Source: an uncultured Rhizobiaceae bacterium
Lineage (GTDB): Bacteria > Pseudomonadota > Alphaproteobacteria > UBA828
NCBI GenBank assembly: GCA_964624055.1
Contig: CAZUXZ010000135.1
Coordinates: 1,365 to 65,364, forward strand
Reading direction: 5' to 3'
Length of the DNA: 64,000 nucleotides
This document shows positions 29,536-39,554 of the stretch, piece after piece. Under the pieces are notes generated by a model that had not been told where the DNA came from, did no database searches, and was given only the letters and a program-made list of their open reading frames with translations. The position numbers and the translations under genes are program-made. Numbering within the stretch: position 1 is the first letter of the stretch; the number at the start of each line of letters is the position of its first letter.

Positions 29536-29782
29536 ACACGGCGGTCACAAGATTCTCGACGGTCCGAACCTCCTTAAATGATTTGGGATCCATATTCTTT
29601 CCCGTAACGCGCTTCAATTCGACGATCATGTCAACTGCATCAATGCTGTCGAGGTCAAGATCTTCGTATAACCGCGCATCCATGGTGATGTCGCTTTCCA
29701 GCAACTCAAAGTGCTCGACAAAGAAATTCTTGATATAAGCGAATATCTCCTCGCGCGACCCAATTTTCGCAGCAGCGCTCAT
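29516..29782 (-). CDS. Acyl carrier protein
   Basis: 88 aa. Phosphopantetheine-attachment motif LDLDSIDAVDMI. Confidence 0.8.
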   Translation of the reverse strand: MSAAAKIGSREEIFAYIKNFFVEHFELLESDITMDARLYEDLDLDSIDAVDMIVELKRVTGKNMDPKSFKEVRTVENLVTAVFDLINN

Positions 29783-30039
29783 TTTTCCCGCCTAGTCGAA
29801 ATATATTCGGCAAGCGTTTTAACCGAATAGAAATGCTCACGTAATTCTTCCGCTTCGGCGCCTATCTTAAACTGATAGCGTTTTTGCAATTCGACTCCCA
29901 ATTCGAGTGCGTCGATCGAGTCCAATCCAAGCCCATCCCCGAACAGTGCATCATTCTCGTCAATATCTTCTGGCGTAATATCCTCAAGATCCAACGATTC
30001 AATGATTATAGATTTTATCTCCTCAATCAGCGCGCCCAT
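29779..30039 (-). CDS. Acyl carrier protein
   Basis: 86 aa. Motif LGLDSIDALELG. Confidence 0.8.
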   Translation of the reverse strand: MGALIEEIKSIIIESLDLEDITPEDIDENDALFGDGLGLDSIDALELGVELQKRYQFKIGAEAEELREHFYSVKTLAEYISTRREK

Positions 30040-30838
30040 GAACCAACACTTCCCCAGATAAAAGACTCATTAAAAGCGTATTAACTTTACGACTCACCTG
30101 CACGAGGTTCGTGCTGTGACCGATCAGAGGTTGCGGATCGATGCTATCACCGACAACAATTTTAAAGTGCACCCTCTTGTGTGGAATTTGATACCACTTC
30201 TCGGATTTCGTTAAAGTTGGCGGATCGCTCGTGATATGAACAGGAATAAATGGCTGTTCGCTTTTCACTATAATGGAAGCTGCTCCGCGCCTGAGTTTAA
30301 TAGTTTGTCCGGGAACGCTTCGCGTACCTTCCGGAAAAATGACAAGGCATCGCCCACCGCGCACCCGTTCCACACAATCATCGATAAAACGCATGGGCTC
30401 GTTGTTCGGTATATATCCGGTCGCCCACATTATTCCAGCCATGAACGGGTTCGACCAAGCGACCTTCTTAACCGCGCAAAAAGCATGCGGCACGATCGAT
30501 AATATAAATACGACGTCGATCAGCGAGGGATGATTGGAAACGATGATATTGGCGCCGGGTTGCCGGAGTTTTTCTCGGCCTTGAACTTCATAAGTCAGAA
30601 CACCAAGCACCTGCATCATCCAGACGAAAAGACGGAAGGACAGGTGTACTACGAATTGACTGCGCTGATTAACCAGATCTCTATTTCTCGAAGTCAACCG
30701 CATAGGCGGAAACAAAATGAATCCCAACACAACACCACCGATACCGAATATTGAAAAGCTAAATCCAGTCGCAAACAGGCGCCACGTAAAATTAAGCCGG
30801 GGTACCATAACACTTCCAAGCCCACATAATCCGACCAA
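30023..30838 (-). CDS. PlsC-family lysophospholipid/1-acylglycerol-3-phosphate acyltransferase (ApeD-like)
   Basis: HxxxxD acyltransferase motif (VSNHPSLIDVVF) and FPEGTRS motif. Start is probably internal (~30808). Confidence 0.75.
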   Translation of the reverse strand: MVGLCGLGSVMVPRLNFTWRLFATGFSFSIFGIGGVVLGFILFPPMRLTSRNRDLVNQRSQFVVHLSFRLFVWMMQVLGVLTYEVQGREKLRQPGANIIVSNHPSLIDVVFILSIVPHAFCAVKKVAWSNPFMAGIMWATGYIPNNEPMRFIDDCVERVRGGRCLVIFPEGTRSVPGQTIKLRRGAASIIVKSEQPFIPVHITSDPPTLTKSEKWYQIPHKRVHFKIVVGDSIDPQPLIGHSTNLVQVSRKVNTLLMSLLSGEVLVHGRAD

Positions 30839-31568
30839 ATTGTGAATTAATTGGTTCGCCCCCAGTCAATAATAGCTTCAGTACACGGAGGGGCGAACGG
30901 TCGATTTTCATTCTTGCTTGGTAATCATCGCTCTTACCCTTCGACCATGAAAGGCCGAGACGGATATTTTCCTTCCGTTCTTCCGGTAATTGAAACAGAA
31001 ACGCGAGCGCAACATTCTGGTCAACATTGGTTGTCTGTCCGGAGTATATCTCCGGTAAGACATGATCGCAGTAGATGAGGAGAACCGAGCTTGCCGCCCG
31101 CTCCTTTAGTAAAGCCCAACTTTCTACAAAACCCGTTTCCAAAGTGGCGTCACCGCCCGCCAGCGCCGTCGCGTGCGAATTGTCCTGCCGCATGATGGAG
31201 AGCAAGCTAATTGCAGTATTGTGGACGGAGAGGCTAAAGGTCATTGGGGAAATTGGCTCGTCTTTGGCCAAATTCTCCAACATTTCGAAGGCTTTTAAAA
31301 ACTCACCATAGCGCGAACAAAAAACTACCACCGGGGAGACGTCCTCTGCCTCGAGGCATTCCGCTGCAACCTTAAAGACCATTCTGTTTAGGTGTGTCAG
31401 GCGCCGACGCAGCATTCGTTCTACAAAGTGAACATCGGTGGTGATCGGTCCCGAAATCCGCTTGCTGCCATGCGCCCAGGCACGCCAATCCTCGGGACTT
31501 TCAAGGCCCGGCGCGCAGGCTGCCCAGCTCCTCACCTGTAACTCGATGGCGGACGTGCGGACTTGCAA
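30792..31568 (-). CDS. Ketosynthase-like protein lacking catalytic Cys/His (chain-length-factor-like, ApeC-like)
   Basis: 258 aa. First gene of the operon. Thiolase-like composition but no ACSSG/HGTGT motifs. Confidence 0.5.
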   Translation of the reverse strand: MQVRTSAIELQVRSWAACAPGLESPEDWRAWAHGSKRISGPITTDVHFVERMLRRRLTHLNRMVFKVAAECLEAEDVSPVVVFCSRYGEFLKAFEMLENLAKDEPISPMTFSLSVHNTAISLLSIMRQDNSHATALAGGDATLETGFVESWALLKERAASSVLLIYCDHVLPEIYSGQTTNVDQNVALAFLFQLPEERKENIRLGLSWSKGKSDDYQARMKIDRSPLRVLKLLLTGGEPINSQFGRIMWAWKCYGTPA

Positions 31569-31851
31569 TTACTTTCTCCCGCTAGCCTATCGGTTACCGA
31601 ACAGAATTCGATAGGAGAAGTATCCCCTTATTCGATATTTTTATCAACAATAATAACCTTTTATTTTGAATCAATCGTAACTTATTGTTCAACAGTCAGT
31701 AAAACAACAATATGCCATTATCTATATAATCATATTTAGACTGAGAGGATTCAAAATGTCTTTTTATATTGACGGGAGATAAACTCTTTTACTCAAGTGA
31801 AGACAATATTCTTTTAAAAATAACGTGATTCTATTCTAGGGAATTCATTCC

Positions 31852-32484
31852 GTGAGACTACTCTTGTCCCAGCTCATCCGACATCGCATTGGGCACACCG
31901 TCTCTACACTTTCGCTGCTTGCCGTGCTGGCTTTGGGAGGCTGCGGCCCCTTTCTTATGTTGGCTGTTCCGGCAACCGGCGTCATCGCCGTGCAGGAACG
32001 CTCGATAGGCAATGCGGTGGACGATTTGACAATTCGCGCTGAACTGAATCAAATATTTTTTGAAGATAACATCGACTTGCTTCAAAGCGTTTCATTCAAC
32101 GTAATAGAAGGGCAAGTATTGCTGATGGGCTCAGTAGAGAAACCGGAGACCCGGGTCCATGCCATGAAGCTGGCCTGGCAGGTTGGCGGCGTGCGCGAGG
32201 TTATAAACGAAATTCAAGTGACCGATCTGGGCAGTGTTATCAATCTTGTACGCGATTCCTGGATTTCGACACAGCTCACAGCAGATATCATGTTCGACAA
32301 CGATATTCGTGCCATCAACTACAACGTAGAGACCGTCAATGGCGTGATATATCTCGCGGGAATTGCACAGGATCAACAAGAGCTCGATAAAGTGGTCGAC
32401 CATGCCCACCGAATAAAATACGTACAAAGAGTGGTCAGTCACGTGCAGCTGAAGAATGCCCCACACAGGAAACAAGGCACATAA
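31852..32484 (+). CDS. BON-domain (OsmY-like) lipoprotein
   Basis: 210 aa. Lipobox LALGGC. Two BON-like repeats (VQERSIGNAVDDLTIRAELNQ...; VRDSWISTQLTADIMFD...VNGVIYLAGIAQ). Confidence 0.7.
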   Translation: MRLLLSQLIRHRIGHTVSTLSLLAVLALGGCGPFLMLAVPATGVIAVQERSIGNAVDDLTIRAELNQIFFEDNIDLLQSVSFNVIEGQVLLMGSVEKPETRVHAMKLAWQVGGVREVINEIQVTDLGSVINLVRDSWISTQLTADIMFDNDIRAINYNVETVNGVIYLAGIAQDQQELDKVVDHAHRIKYVQRVVSHVQLKNAPHRKQGT

Positions 32485-32486
32485 TA

Positions 32487-33005
32487 ATGGCAATGCGCGG
32501 CATGAGAACGAGTCTTAACCCGCTATTGAGCGTAGTCGTATTTCTCTCTTTTATGGCCGCAGGTAAAGCCTTGGCAGAACAGGAAGGCGACCCGTCGTTC
32601 ATCAGCACCGGCATCGGTTACTACGACATATTCGGTGACGATGAAGCTGGAGAGTTCCGCGTCGAATACCGCGACAAGTATAGATTTTTGTTGTTCAAAC
32701 CGTTTCTCGGCGCGTCGATCACCACGGAACAGGCGTTTTTCGCATACGCCGGCGTTCTTACGGATTACTATTTTGGAAACCGATTTGTCGTAACGCCGAG
32801 CGTGGCGCCCGGTTATTACCATAATGGCGGCGGCAAGGATTTAGGCCACGAATTTGAAATTAAATCGGGCCTAGAACTTTCATACAGACTGGATGACCGC
32901 TCACGAATCAGCCTGCATTTCTATCATATATCCAATGCCGGCGTAGAGGATACGCGCCCGGGTGTCGAAGTACTTGGCACTAGCTACTCGATACCGCTGA
33001 ATTAG
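32487..33005 (+). CDS. PagL-like lipid A deacylase / acyloxyacyl hydrolase family outer-membrane protein
   Basis: 172 aa with signal peptide. HISNAG (His-x-Ser-Asn-Gly) catalytic-type motif of the PagL family. Beta-strand-like alternating pattern. Confidence 0.6.
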   Translation: MAMRGMRTSLNPLLSVVVFLSFMAAGKALAEQEGDPSFISTGIGYYDIFGDDEAGEFRVEYRDKYRFLLFKPFLGASITTEQAFFAYAGVLTDYYFGNRFVVTPSVAPGYYHNGGGKDLGHEFEIKSGLELSYRLDDRSRISLHFYHISNAGVEDTRPGVEVLGTSYSIPLN

Positions 33006-33057
33006 ACTAGGGTCGAGCATATTCGACGCTATCGGCGAATCGTTACCGATTACAAAG

Positions 33058-33080
33058 AAAATCCCGCCGGAGCGGGATTT
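33058..33080. terminator. Bidirectional intrinsic terminator hairpin (9-bp perfect stem AAATCCCGC/GCGGGATTT, loop CGGA)
   Basis: Perfect inverted repeat between the convergent PagL-like gene (+) and tRNA-His (-). U-rich flanks on both strands. Confidence 0.5.
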
Positions 33081-33111
33081 CTAGTAGATATTTTAATTTT
33101 GTTGTGAAATT

Positions 33112-33189
33112 TGGGGCGAGTGAGGGGATTCGAACCCCCGACCCCCTGAACCACAATCAGGTGCTCTAACCAACTGAGCTACACCCGCC
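33112..33189 (-). tRNA. tRNA-His (anticodon GTG) with genomically encoded G-1 and CCA
   Basis: Reverse complement folds as GGCGGGTG / TAGCTCAGTTGGTTAGAGCA / CCTGA-TTGTGGT-TCAGG / GGGGG-TTCGAAT-CCCCT / CACTCGC-C-CCA. Anticodon GTG. The extra 5' G pairs with the discriminator C. Confidence 0.9.
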
Positions 33190-33272
33190 ACAGGGTCTTT
33201 CGGAGGGAGCTTTGAATAGTCGATGGACGTAGGGGCGTCAAGAAGAGTCGCCCTGTATGGCCTGACTAGAAG

Positions 33273-34448
33273 TCATTCTTTACGAGCGGCAAGGAAAGTG
33301 CGAATTCTCGTCATTGCTTCAACAATTTCTTCGTTGCTGGCAGCGTAAGAGAAACGGATATACCCCCCACCATAATCGCCAAAACTTGTTCCCGCGATCG
33401 TGGCAACGCCAGCATCCTCCAACAACCCATCCTGTAAAGCATGAGCGCTAATGCCAGTGCCTTCAATATTGGGCATGGCGTAGAAGGCCCCCTGCGGCTC
33501 GACACAGCGGAAGCCCTCGATTTGGTTGAGCTCGCGAAGAATGATCTTGCGCCGCTCATCGAAGGCACGACGCATGATTTCTACCGAATCCTGTGGGCCG
33601 GTGAGGGCTTCGATTGCTGCAATCTGAGTTACTGCATTGACGCAGGAGTTGCTATTAACAGCGAGGCGGGTTGCGTGCTCGGCGAGTTTGCCGGGCCACA
33701 CACCATAGCCGATACGCCACCCTGTCATGGCATAGGTCTTGGACCAGCCGTCTAGCAGGATCATCCGATCTCGGATGGAGGGATAAGCCAACAGACTGAT
33801 ATGCTCCTGGTCCTCATAGACAAGACGCGAATAGATCTCGTCGCTCATAACGACCACATCGGGATGGGCTTCCAGACCTTTCACCAGTCGATCAAACTCG
33901 ACCTTCGGCGTCACGCCGCCGGTCGGGTTGGCAGGGCTGTTGAGCATGATCAAGCGGGTGTTGGGTGTGATCTTAGACAGCACCTCATCGGCAGTGAAAG
34001 AGAATCCGTTATCCTCGTAGAGCGGGATGGGCACGGCGGTGGCACCGGAAAACTCGATCGCTGATTGATAGATCGGGAAACCGGGATTGGGGTAAAGAAT
34101 TTCCGCCCCCGGTTCACCAAACATAAGGGCTGCAAAAAACATGGTGACCTTCCCACCCGGTACCACCACCACTTCCCCCGGATCGACTTCGACGCCACGA
34201 TGCGTGGCAATATCGGCTGCAACAGCTTCGCGCAGGGGTAGAATGCCGTTGGCCGGGGTATAACCGTGATGCCCATCGGCAAGCGCCTTGCGGCCAGCTT
34301 CAACGATATTGACAGGAGTCTGAAAATTCGGCTGACCTATGCCGAGATTGATGATTGAGCGTCCCTCCCCTTCGAGCTCCTTAGCCCGTGCCAAAACATC
34401 AAAAGCGGTCTCGGTTCCGAGCCAAGCCATGCGTTCCGCAAGTTTCAT
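33273..34448 (-). CDS. Pyridoxal-phosphate-dependent aminotransferase (class I, aspartate aminotransferase-like)
   Basis: 391 aa. INLGIGQPNF, NSPANPTG and SKTYAMTGWRIGY (PLP lysine motif SK) are present. Confidence 0.85.
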   Translation of the reverse strand: MKLAERMAWLGTETAFDVLARAKELEGEGRSIINLGIGQPNFQTPVNIVEAGRKALADGHHGYTPANGILPLREAVAADIATHRGVEVDPGEVVVVPGGKVTMFFAALMFGEPGAEILYPNPGFPIYQSAIEFSGATAVPIPLYEDNGFSFTADEVLSKITPNTRLIMLNSPANPTGGVTPKVEFDRLVKGLEAHPDVVVMSDEIYSRLVYEDQEHISLLAYPSIRDRMILLDGWSKTYAMTGWRIGYGVWPGKLAEHATRLAVNSNSCVNAVTQIAAIEALTGPQDSVEIMRRAFDERRKIILRELNQIEGFRCVEPQGAFYAMPNIEGTGISAHALQDGLLEDAGVATIAGTSFGDYGGGYIRFSYAASNEEIVEAMTRIRTFLAARKE

Positions 34449-34645
34449 TGCCGTTATCCCAATGCTTGGGTTTTCGTGGTCGCACTATGCCAGCTAATGC
34501 CGGGGGCTCAAAGGATTGGCGTTAGTTTCATCAGTGGTCTGCCTAATTGTTGTCCATACCGCCCAAAAATTTTTTATTTTCTCAACGCGAAATTTCGCCC
34601 AATCCTTATACCATTGTATAAGTTAAATAATTGCACACCCTATAT

Positions 34646-34661
34646 TTGGCACGGGACGTGC
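34646..34661 (+). promoter_or_regulatory. Candidate sigma-54 (-24/-12) promoter TGGCAC-N5-GTGCA upstream of glnB
   Basis: TTGGCACGGGACGTGCA has GG and GC dinucleotides separated by 10 nt, about 65 nt upstream of the glnB start. glnB-glnA are classically NtrC/sigma-54 regulated. Confidence 0.35.
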
Positions 34662-34674
34662 AAAGACAGTTTAG

Positions 34675-35064
<390 letters not shown>

Positions 35065-35111
35065 CCCGACCGATCCGCGCGGCGGAACACTAAAGACGAA
35101 GGAACATATAC

Positions 35112-36521
35112 ATGAGCGAAACACAGACAGTTCTTAAAACCATTCAGGAAAATGATGTCCAAATCGTCGATTTCCGCTTTACCGATCCGCGTGGCAAATG
35201 GCACCACACAGCACAAGCCGTGCGTACGATTAACGACGACCTTTTCAGCGACGGCATCATGTTCGACGGCTCATCCATCGCCGGCTGGAAGGAAATCCAC
35301 GAATCGGACATGGTCCTTATGCCCGATGTCGACTCTGCCACGTTGGATCCGTTTAGCGCGCAACCGACCCTGATTATAACTTGCGATGTGATCGAGCCCT
35401 CTACAGGTCAGCCCTATACCCGCTGTCCACGCGGCGTTGCTGAGCGTGCCGAGGCCTATCTCTCCTATTCGGGAATCGGCGATACCGCCTATTTCGGACC
35501 CGAAGCCGAGTTCTTCGTGTTTGACGATGTACGCTACGACTGCTCCACGCATCAAATGTACTACCTGCTCGATCAAGAAGAGGGCCCCTACAATTCTGGG
35601 CGCGAATATGAGAGTGGCAATATCGGCCACCGGCCCGGCCCCAAGGGCGGCTATTTTCCGGTACCGCCTGTCGATTCAATGGCCGACATGCGCGCAGAAA
35701 TGCTGACTCATATGAGCAGCATGGGCATCAAGGTAGAAAAACATCATCATGAGGTCGCGCCAAGCCAGAACGAGCTCGGCTTCGAATTCGCCACCATGCT
35801 CAAGACTGCTGATGACATGCAAATATACAAATATGTGGTGCATCAAACAGCGCACAGTTACGGAAAGACCGCGACCTTCATGCCGAAGCCCTTGGTCGAC
35901 GACAACGGCTCCGGCATGCATGTACATCAGTCGATCTGGAAAGACGGCAAGCCGCTCTTCGCTGGCACCGGCTATGCAGACCTATCCGAGAGCGCGCTCT
36001 ATTATATCGGCGGCATCATCAAACATGCCCGCGCCCTCAACGCCTTCACCAATGCCTCGACCAATAGCTACAAGCGTCTAGTGCCTGGTTTTGAGGCGCC
36101 GGTTCTGCTCGCCTATTCCTCGCGCAACCGCTCCGCGTCATGCCGCATTCCCTATGCCGCGTCACCTAATGGTAAGCGCGTCGAGGTGCGCTTTCCAGAT
36201 CCGACGGCCAACCCTTATCTTGCATTCGCAGCTATGCTGATGGCAGGAGTCGACGGCATCGAGAACAAGATCCATCCGGGCGACGCAATGGACAAGAATC
36301 TCTACGATCTGCCACCGGAGGAGCTAAAAGACGTTGCGACAGTGTGTCACAGTCTGAATCAAGCGCTTGAAGCGCTGGACGTCGACCGAACATTTCTCAA
36401 GAAAGGTGAAGTGTTCTCAGACGATTTGATCGACGGTTATATCGAGCTTAAATCCGAGGAAGTGCAGAAGTTGGATATGACTCCGCACCCGATAGAGTAT
36501 CAGATGTATTATAGCGTCTGA
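35112..36521 (+). CDS. glnA: Glutamine synthetase type I
   Basis: 469 aa. [30 protein letters not shown] and adenylylation-site-type region NLYDLP. Confidence 0.9.
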   Translation: MSETQTVLKTIQENDVQIVDFRFTDPRGKWHHTAQAVRTINDDLFSDGIMFDGSSIAGWKEIHESDMVLMPDVDSATLDPFSAQPTLIITCDVIEPSTGQPYTRCPRGVAERAEAYLSYSGIGDTAYFGPEAEFFVFDDVRYDCSTHQMYYLLDQEEGPYNSGREYESGNIGHRPGPKGGYFPVPPVDSMADMRAEMLTHMSSMGIKVEKHHHEVAPSQNELGFEFATMLKTADDMQIYKYVVHQTAHSYGKTATFMPKPLVDDNGSGMHVHQSIWKDGKPLFAGTGYADLSESALYYIGGIIKHARALNAFTNASTNSYKRLVPGFEAPVLLAYSSRNRSASCRIPYAASPNGKRVEVRFPDPTANPYLAFAAMLMAGVDGIENKIHPGDAMDKNLYDLPPEELKDVATVCHSLNQALEALDVDRTFLKKGEVFSDDLIDGYIELKSEEVQKLDMTPHPIEYQMYYSV

Positions 36522-36871
36522 ATTAGATCACCGAGCCACGAAGTCCGGTACATCTTCGGCATGCCAAGGAGACGGTTTTTAAAGCCGTCACCCAGGAGAG
36601 GCCGATGATTATAGAGCCATAGGCCGCAACGGTCAGCGGCAAGATAAAGGCGCTCAGGGCGGTTTTTCTGGATGGCAGCCATTCGATTGCGTTTAACGGA
36701 GGCTTAATATCGTTGCACAAACTGGGGTACCGACCGTTCGAAATCGTGGTTGGCGCGCGGTTGCCACACTAGACGGCCTCCCGTTAACTTACCTTCACGT
36801 AAAACGCTCTAATTTTTTTAATATCAAGCAAAGGAATCTTCGCAGATGCTTCCATCTGCTCGGGATTTGCT

Positions 36872-37216
36872 CTAGCCGACGGCGAAGCTTTCCCCGCATC
36901 CGCAGGTCGATGTGACGTTTGGATTGTTGAAGACAAATCCAGCCGACAGTTTTTCTTCTCTGTAGTCGAGCTCCGTGCCGATCAGAAACATAACCGCGGC
37001 CGGATCCACTAAAACCTTCAAATCGCCCGCATCGATCACTTCGTCATTGGCGCCAACCTCGGTCGCGTAATCCATGCTGTAAGTCATGCCGGAACAGCCG
37101 GCATTACGCACACCGATACGCACACCGATCGCCGGCGGCTCTTCGTCGCGCAAACGCATAATCTCATAAACCCGCGATTTCGCGGCGTCGGTCAAGGTTA
37201 AGATATCGTTGCTCAC
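36872..37216 (-). CDS. A-type Fe-S cluster carrier (SufA/IscA, HesB family)
   Basis: 114 aa. C-terminal CGCGESF motif and a Cys in GCSGMTY. Confidence 0.8.
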   Translation of the reverse strand: MSNDILTLTDAAKSRVYEIMRLRDEEPPAIGVRIGVRNAGCSGMTYSMDYATEVGANDEVIDAGDLKVLVDPAAVMFLIGTELDYREEKLSAGFVFNNPNVTSTCGCGESFAVG

Positions 37217-37246
37217 CAGTTTATTTCTCCTGACCAGCCCGTTGCC

Positions 37247-37786
37247 TCAAATAAAACCTAGTTCGAGTTTTGCCGCCTCGGACATCAAGTCGGGAGTCCA
37301 GGGCGGGTCCCAGACGATTTCTACATCAACGTCGCGCACGCCCTGAACGAAGGTGTGCACCGCGTGTTGTACCATGCCCGGCATCTGCTCCGCGACAGGG
37401 CATCCCGGGGAAGTCAACGTCATGCGAACTGTCACGTCTTTATCTTTAGTTATATCAACGCCGTAAACCAGACCCATTTCATAGATATCAACCGGAATCT
37501 CAGGATCGTAGACTTTCTTAAGAGCCGCTGTGATCTGATCCTCAACGGACCCGGCATTGGCGATGAGCTCAAGCTCTTCCTCGTTCGCCTGCGGCGTTTC
37601 CATCACGAGCGGCGGTGGCGCGTAATTACCCGGCTGCACCCCGGCTTTGGTGCTAGGCTCTACTGGAGAAACCTGAGCCGTGCCCGTTTCGGGCGACCAT
37701 GCCTCGTAGGAGCTCGCTTCCGTATCCGCTGCAACCGGTTGTGCCTCAGGGCTCACCTGTTTCTTGCGTTTGAAAAAATCCATCAT
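37247..37786 (-). CDS. SufT/DUF59 (MIP18-family) Fe-S assembly protein
   Basis: C-terminal DUF59 core (ITAALKKVYDPEIPVDIYEMGLVYGVDI...TSPGCPVAEQMP) preceded by a low-complexity Pro/Ala-rich N-terminus. Confidence 0.7.
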   Translation of the reverse strand: MMDFFKRKKQVSPEAQPVAADTEASSYEAWSPETGTAQVSPVEPSTKAGVQPGNYAPPPLVMETPQANEEELELIANAGSVEDQITAALKKVYDPEIPVDIYEMGLVYGVDITKDKDVTVRMTLTSPGCPVAEQMPGMVQHAVHTFVQGVRDVDVEIVWDPPWTPDLMSEAAKLELGFI

Positions 37787-38262
37787 TCCGTTGTGACCTC
37801 TTTACCACCGCCCTGCACTGCAGCATTCATAGTATGCCATGCGAGGGTGGCGCATTTGACCCGCATGGGAAATTCGCGCACACCCGCCAGAACCATCAGC
37901 TTTTCAAATTCTTTGTCCTCGAAATTGCTTTCGCCCGCCACCTCATCGTCAGTTACAAGCTGGTGAAAACGCGAGAACATCGCCTTGACCTCTTCGAGAG
38001 ACTTGCCTTTGAGCAGCTCGGTCATCATAGAGGCAGAGGCAATAGAAATAGCGCAACCGCGTCCCTCAAACCCGACATCTTCTATAATATCATCTCGTAG
38101 GCGCAGATAGACCGTCACCGTGTCGCCGCAAAGAGGATTATGGCCATTGGACTCGCAGGTCGCACCCTCTGGTCTACCGAAATTGCGCGGCGCCTTGCCA
38201 TGGTCGAGGATGACCTCTTGATAAAGTTCGCGAAGTTCCAACATCAGCCGAAGATATCCCAT
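37783..38262 (-). CDS. SufU/IscU-family (NifU N-terminal domain) Fe-S scaffold/sulfur-transfer protein
   Basis: Three conserved Cys contexts NPLCGDTV, GRGCAISIAS and VKCATLAW. Long spacing between Cys2 and Cys3 suggests a SufU-type insertion. Confidence 0.7.
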   Translation of the reverse strand: MGYLRLMLELRELYQEVILDHGKAPRNFGRPEGATCESNGHNPLCGDTVTVYLRLRDDIIEDVGFEGRGCAISIASASMMTELLKGKSLEEVKAMFSRFHQLVTDDEVAGESNFEDKEFEKLMVLAGVREFPMRVKCATLAWHTMNAAVQGGGKEVTTE

Positions 38263-39554
38263 ACCTTGCCGAGCGCCTTCAACAAGGCGTCAACATCGGT
38301 TTTATCATTATAGAGACCGAAGGAAGCGCGGACCGTGCCCGTGATGCCGAACCGGTCCATCAAGGGCTGAGCGCAATGATGACCTACCCGAACGGCAATT
38401 CCTTCCCGGTCAAGAATGGTGCCAACATCATGTGCATGGACACCGTCAAGTTCAAATGAAACGATTCCCGCCTTGTTTTTAGCCGTGCCGATGAGGCGGA
38501 TCGAGTTGATTTCCTTCAACCGCTTTGTCGCATAGTCGAGCAACTCCTGCTCATGCGCGGCAATCTCTTCCATGCCTATTTCTGTGAGATAGTCGATCGC
38601 CGCCGACAGGCCATAAGCGCCGGCAATATGAGGCGTGCCGGCCTCGAAGCGCCCGGGAATATCGGCGAATTCAGTCTTCTGGAAAGTGACCTGGCGGATC
38701 ATATCACCACCTCCCTGATAGGGCGGCATAGCGGAAAGAATATCCGCTTTTCCATAGAGCACGCCAATACCGCTCGGCCCGTAGACCTTGTGGCCGGAGA
38801 ACACATAGAAATCGACATCGAGCGCCTGCACGTCGACCGGGCCATGTACGATGGATTGCGCACCATCAAGCAGCACCCGGGCACCATGGGCATGCGCGAG
38901 ATGGATGATTTCTTCGGCCGGCGTAATAGTACCGAGAGCATTCGATGTATGGGTCAGGGCGACCAATCGAGTGCGCGGGCCAAGGACCTTAACATATTCG
39001 TCGAGCAGGAAGTTGCCATGGTCGTCGATCGGCACGACCCTGATCTTTACGCCGATACGGTCGCGGAGGAGCTGCCAGGGCACAATATTGGCGTGGTGCT
39101 CCAACTCAGATAAGATAATCTCATCGTCAGCCTTAAGCTGGCTTCCGCCGTAACTCGACGCCACCAAATTTATAGCCTCGGTGGCGCTCTTCGTGAACAC
39201 AATCTCGCGCTCGGACGCGGCGTTGATAAACCACTGCACTTTGGCGCGCGCTCGTTCGTAAGTCTCGGTCGCACGCGCGCTTAGCAAGTAAACGCCGCGG
39301 TGAATGTTGGCGTATTCCTGGCTGTAACAGTGGTTAACTGCGTCGATCACGCATTGCGGTTTTTGCGCGCTTGCAGCGCTGTCGAGAAAAACGAGCGGCT
39401 TGTCGTAAACCCGCTCTGCTAAGATCGGAAAATCGGCGCGCCGGCTGGCAATGTCGCGCCCGGAGTCTGGTGGAATGGCGGTTAAGTTTTGCATCATGCA
39501 GCCCTTTCCGTTTCGCGCCGCGCCAGCCAGCCCGTCACCGCGCCGGCGAGCCAC
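38244..39554 (-). CDS. sufS: Cysteine desulfurase SufS (class V aminotransferase, group II)
   Basis: FSGHKVYGPSGIGVLYGK (PLP Lys), active-site loop RVGHHCAQP. True start is probably an internal Met (~39497). Confidence 0.85.
   Translation of the reverse strand: MARRRGDGLAGAARNGKGCMMQNLTAIPPDSGRDIASRRADFPILAERVYDKPLVFLDSAASAQKPQCVIDAVNHCYSQEYANIHRGVYLLSARATETYERARAKVQWFINAASEREIVFTKSATEAINLVASSYGGSQLKADDEIILSELEHHANIVPWQLLRDRIGVKIRVVPIDDHGNFLLDEYVKVLGPRTRLVALTHTSNALGTITPAEEIIHLAHAHGARVLLDGAQSIVHGPVDVQALDVDFYVFSGHKVYGPSGIGVLYGKADILSAMPPYQGGGDMIRQVTFQKTEFADIPGRFEAGTPHIAGAYGLSAAIDYLTEIGMEEIAAHEQELLDYATKRLKEINSIRLIGTAKNKAGIVSFELDGVHAHDVGTILDREGIAVRVGHHCAQPLMDRFGITGTVRASFGLYNDKTDVDALLKALGKVWDIFG

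Larger units (their letters stand above)
15787..31568 (-). other. Aryl-polyene (APE/xanthomonadin/flexirubin-family) lipid biosynthetic gene cluster, ~15.8 kb, single operon-like unit
   Basis: Twenty co-directional genes, mostly with overlapping or abutting stop/start codons. The APE core set is present (2 KS + CLF, KR, 2 DH, 2 ACP, AMP-ligase, TE, GT2, 2 acyltransferases, LolA-like, MMPL, DUF3261) plus a halogenase and a PPTase. A 280-bp AT-rich divergent promoter region lies at 31569..31851. Confidence 0.7.

Noticed and set aside
36523-36720. 65-aa minus-strand ORF immediately after glnA
   Set aside because: No motifs and hydrophobic low-complexity sequence. It sits where a glnA terminator or UTR is expected.
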